A DNA stretch of 5,526 nt from a virus. Location of the stretch: positions 1-5,526 of IMG/VR virus record IMGVR_UViG_3300045988_004234. One strand, written 5' to 3'. The translations under genes and the position numbers were made by a program. How positions within the stretch are numbered: position 1 is the stretch's first letter; each line of letters starts with the position of its first letter. Under the pieces are notes generated by a model that was not told the DNA's origin, searched no databases, and was given only the letters and a program-made list of their open reading frames with translations. Below, in pieces: positions 4,959 to 5,526 of this stretch.

Positions 4959-5093
4959 TTATCCGCTTGAGCTTGTTGCTCCGCTGCCGGATGTGCCTTT
5001 GAGTGCGTTGAATATGCCTGTTCCGGCGTTTATGAGTGTGCTCACGCCGCCCAGTAATTTTGCGCCTGTTGCTAACGCTGCTAAAATTGACAT
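4959..5093 (-). CDS. 44-aa Gly/Ala-rich hydrophobic mini-ORF, in frame with VP2 across a TAA; candidate pilot-protein N-terminal transmembrane module
   Basis: Hand-translated codon by codon: MSILAALATGAKLLGGVSTLINAGTGIFNALKGTSGSGATSSSG, stop TAA 4961-4959. It resembles the glycine-zipper N-terminal TM segment of phiX174 H and many VP2 proteins. It fills the VP1-VP2 gap. Confidence 0.55.
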   Translation of the reverse strand: MSILAALATGAKLLGGVSTLINAGTGIFNALKGTSGSGATSSSG

Positions 5094-5096
5094 ATA

Positions 5097-5123
5097 CTAA
5101 AACAGCCGGGTTTTGCCCCGGCT
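5097..5123 (-). terminator. Hairpin plus short T-tract just after the capsid stop (attenuating terminator and/or translational structure)
   Basis: The minus strand reads AGCCGGG-GCAAAA-CCCGGCT (5123-5104) followed by GTTTTAG. The stem is 7 bp and GC-rich, and the hairpin starts 11 nt after the capsid TAA. Confidence 0.5.
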
Positions 5124-5133
5124 TCCTCCTTTC

Positions 5134-5526
5134 TTAGTGATGGTCGATGAGTCCCGGAATACTGTAGACCGGCATGCATCGCGTTGTTTTGTTCATGAAA
5201 TAAAAGTCTGCAATGAAGTCCGGCTGAGACTGTACTGCAAGAGTCCGCTTCATCTCGGCTTCGCCCTGTTCCATCCAATCGGTGCTCAGAGTAGGCAGTG
5301 CGTTGTAGTCCTGTGCATAGTGCCATGCGTCGAGACTCTGTTGTGCGTTGCTTCGGAACAGGCCGGTAACTTTGCTCGGCTTATACCGATAGTCGGCCCA
5401 TGCTTCCTGGTAGCCGAATGCTTCATTGTCCTTTGCGTTGCCCTGTGCATAGATTTCCTTATTGAGAATAGCTTGCTCGCCGATGTTTGCCAGTACCGGC
5501 CAGTAGTAGTCATATCGTCCGGTGCG
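5134..5526 (-). CDS. VP1: Major capsid protein VP1, C-terminal part (5448-5526 duplicates 1-79)
   Basis: The same frame crosses the junction through a split codon G|CA (base 1 plus 5447-5446). It reads ...AQGNAKDNEAFGYQEAWADYRYKPSKVTGLFRSNAQQSLDAWHYAQDYNALPTLSTDWMEQGEAEMKRTLAVQSQPDFIADFYFMNKTTRCMPVYSIPGLIDHH and stops at TAA 5136-5134. The joined CDS (1327..1 plus 5447..5134) is 1,641 nt, 546 aa. Confidence 0.93.
   Translation of the reverse strand, partial: RTGRYDYYWPVLANIGEQAILNKEIYAQGNAKDNEAFGYQEAWADYRYKPSKVTGLFRSNAQQSLDAWHYAQDYNALPTLSTDWMEQGEAEMKRTLAVQSQPDFIADFYFMNKTTRCMPVYSIPGLIDHH
5448..5526. repeat. Terminal direct repeat, copy 2 (duplicate of 1-79)
   Basis: Exact 79-nt identity with the window start by direct comparison. 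Confidence 0.95.

Noticed and set aside
3341-5100. Plus-strand track ORFs at 3341-3535, 4346-4528 and 4906-5100
   Set aside because: They lie antisense to VP4, VP2 and the mini-ORF, are short, and have no SD or recognisable motifs.
4830-5133. About 100 codons of very basic (R/K-rich) open frame continuing in frame after the capsid TAA
   Set aside because: It has no start codon of its own. The basic composition is a frame-shift artefact of reading Gly/Ala/Ser-rich GC codons of the mini-ORF and VP2 out of frame, and the capsid ends at its usual ...PGLIDHH position.
5081-5513. Two minus-strand track ORFs (81 and 75 aa)
   Set aside because: They are out of frame with the well-supported capsid C-terminus occupying the same bases. 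One runs through the capsid stop and the terminator hairpin.

Overview
The window is a complete, circularly permuted genome of a small ssDNA phage of the family Microviridae (gokushovirus-like), shown as the reverse complement of the coding strand. Bases 1-79 recur exactly at 5448-5526, so the unique circle is 5,447 nt. All credible genes lie on the minus strand. In transcription order from one strong sigma70-type promoter (2695-2667) they are: a 58-aa ORF, a 78-aa ORF, a possible 32-aa ORF, a 39-aa highly basic J/ORF8-like DNA-binding protein, a VP5-like protein, scaffold VP3, major capsid VP1, a 44-aa glycine-rich membrane-type mini-ORF, pilot protein VP2 and the HUH replication initiator VP4. 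VP1 is 546 aa with a GTG start. It runs off the left edge and finishes at 5134, so it has no stop inside the window, which is why the ORF track misses it. Genes are chained by start/stop overlaps (ATGA, TAATG, GTGA) and most have AGGAGG-type ribosome-binding sites. There are two unusual parts. First, a 628-nt non-coding region (2643-3270, about 11% of the genome) holds nine same-orientation TTTCAACA iterons, a DnaA-box consensus match, a (CTA)5 microsatellite, an AT-rich block, two long alternating purine-pyrimidine GC tracts forming a strand-asymmetric hairpin, a terminator hairpin and a perfect 14-bp hairpin abutting the Rep stop. Second, the pilot gene's expected N-terminal transmembrane segment sits in a separate mini-ORF that is in frame with VP2 across a single TAA. 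I saw no tRNA, rRNA, CRISPR array, integrase or transposase. Strong Shine-Dalgarno use and a TG-extended -10 suggest an SD-dependent, possibly Firmicutes-like host, but this is inference only. All homology calls come from motif recognition by eye, not from searches.
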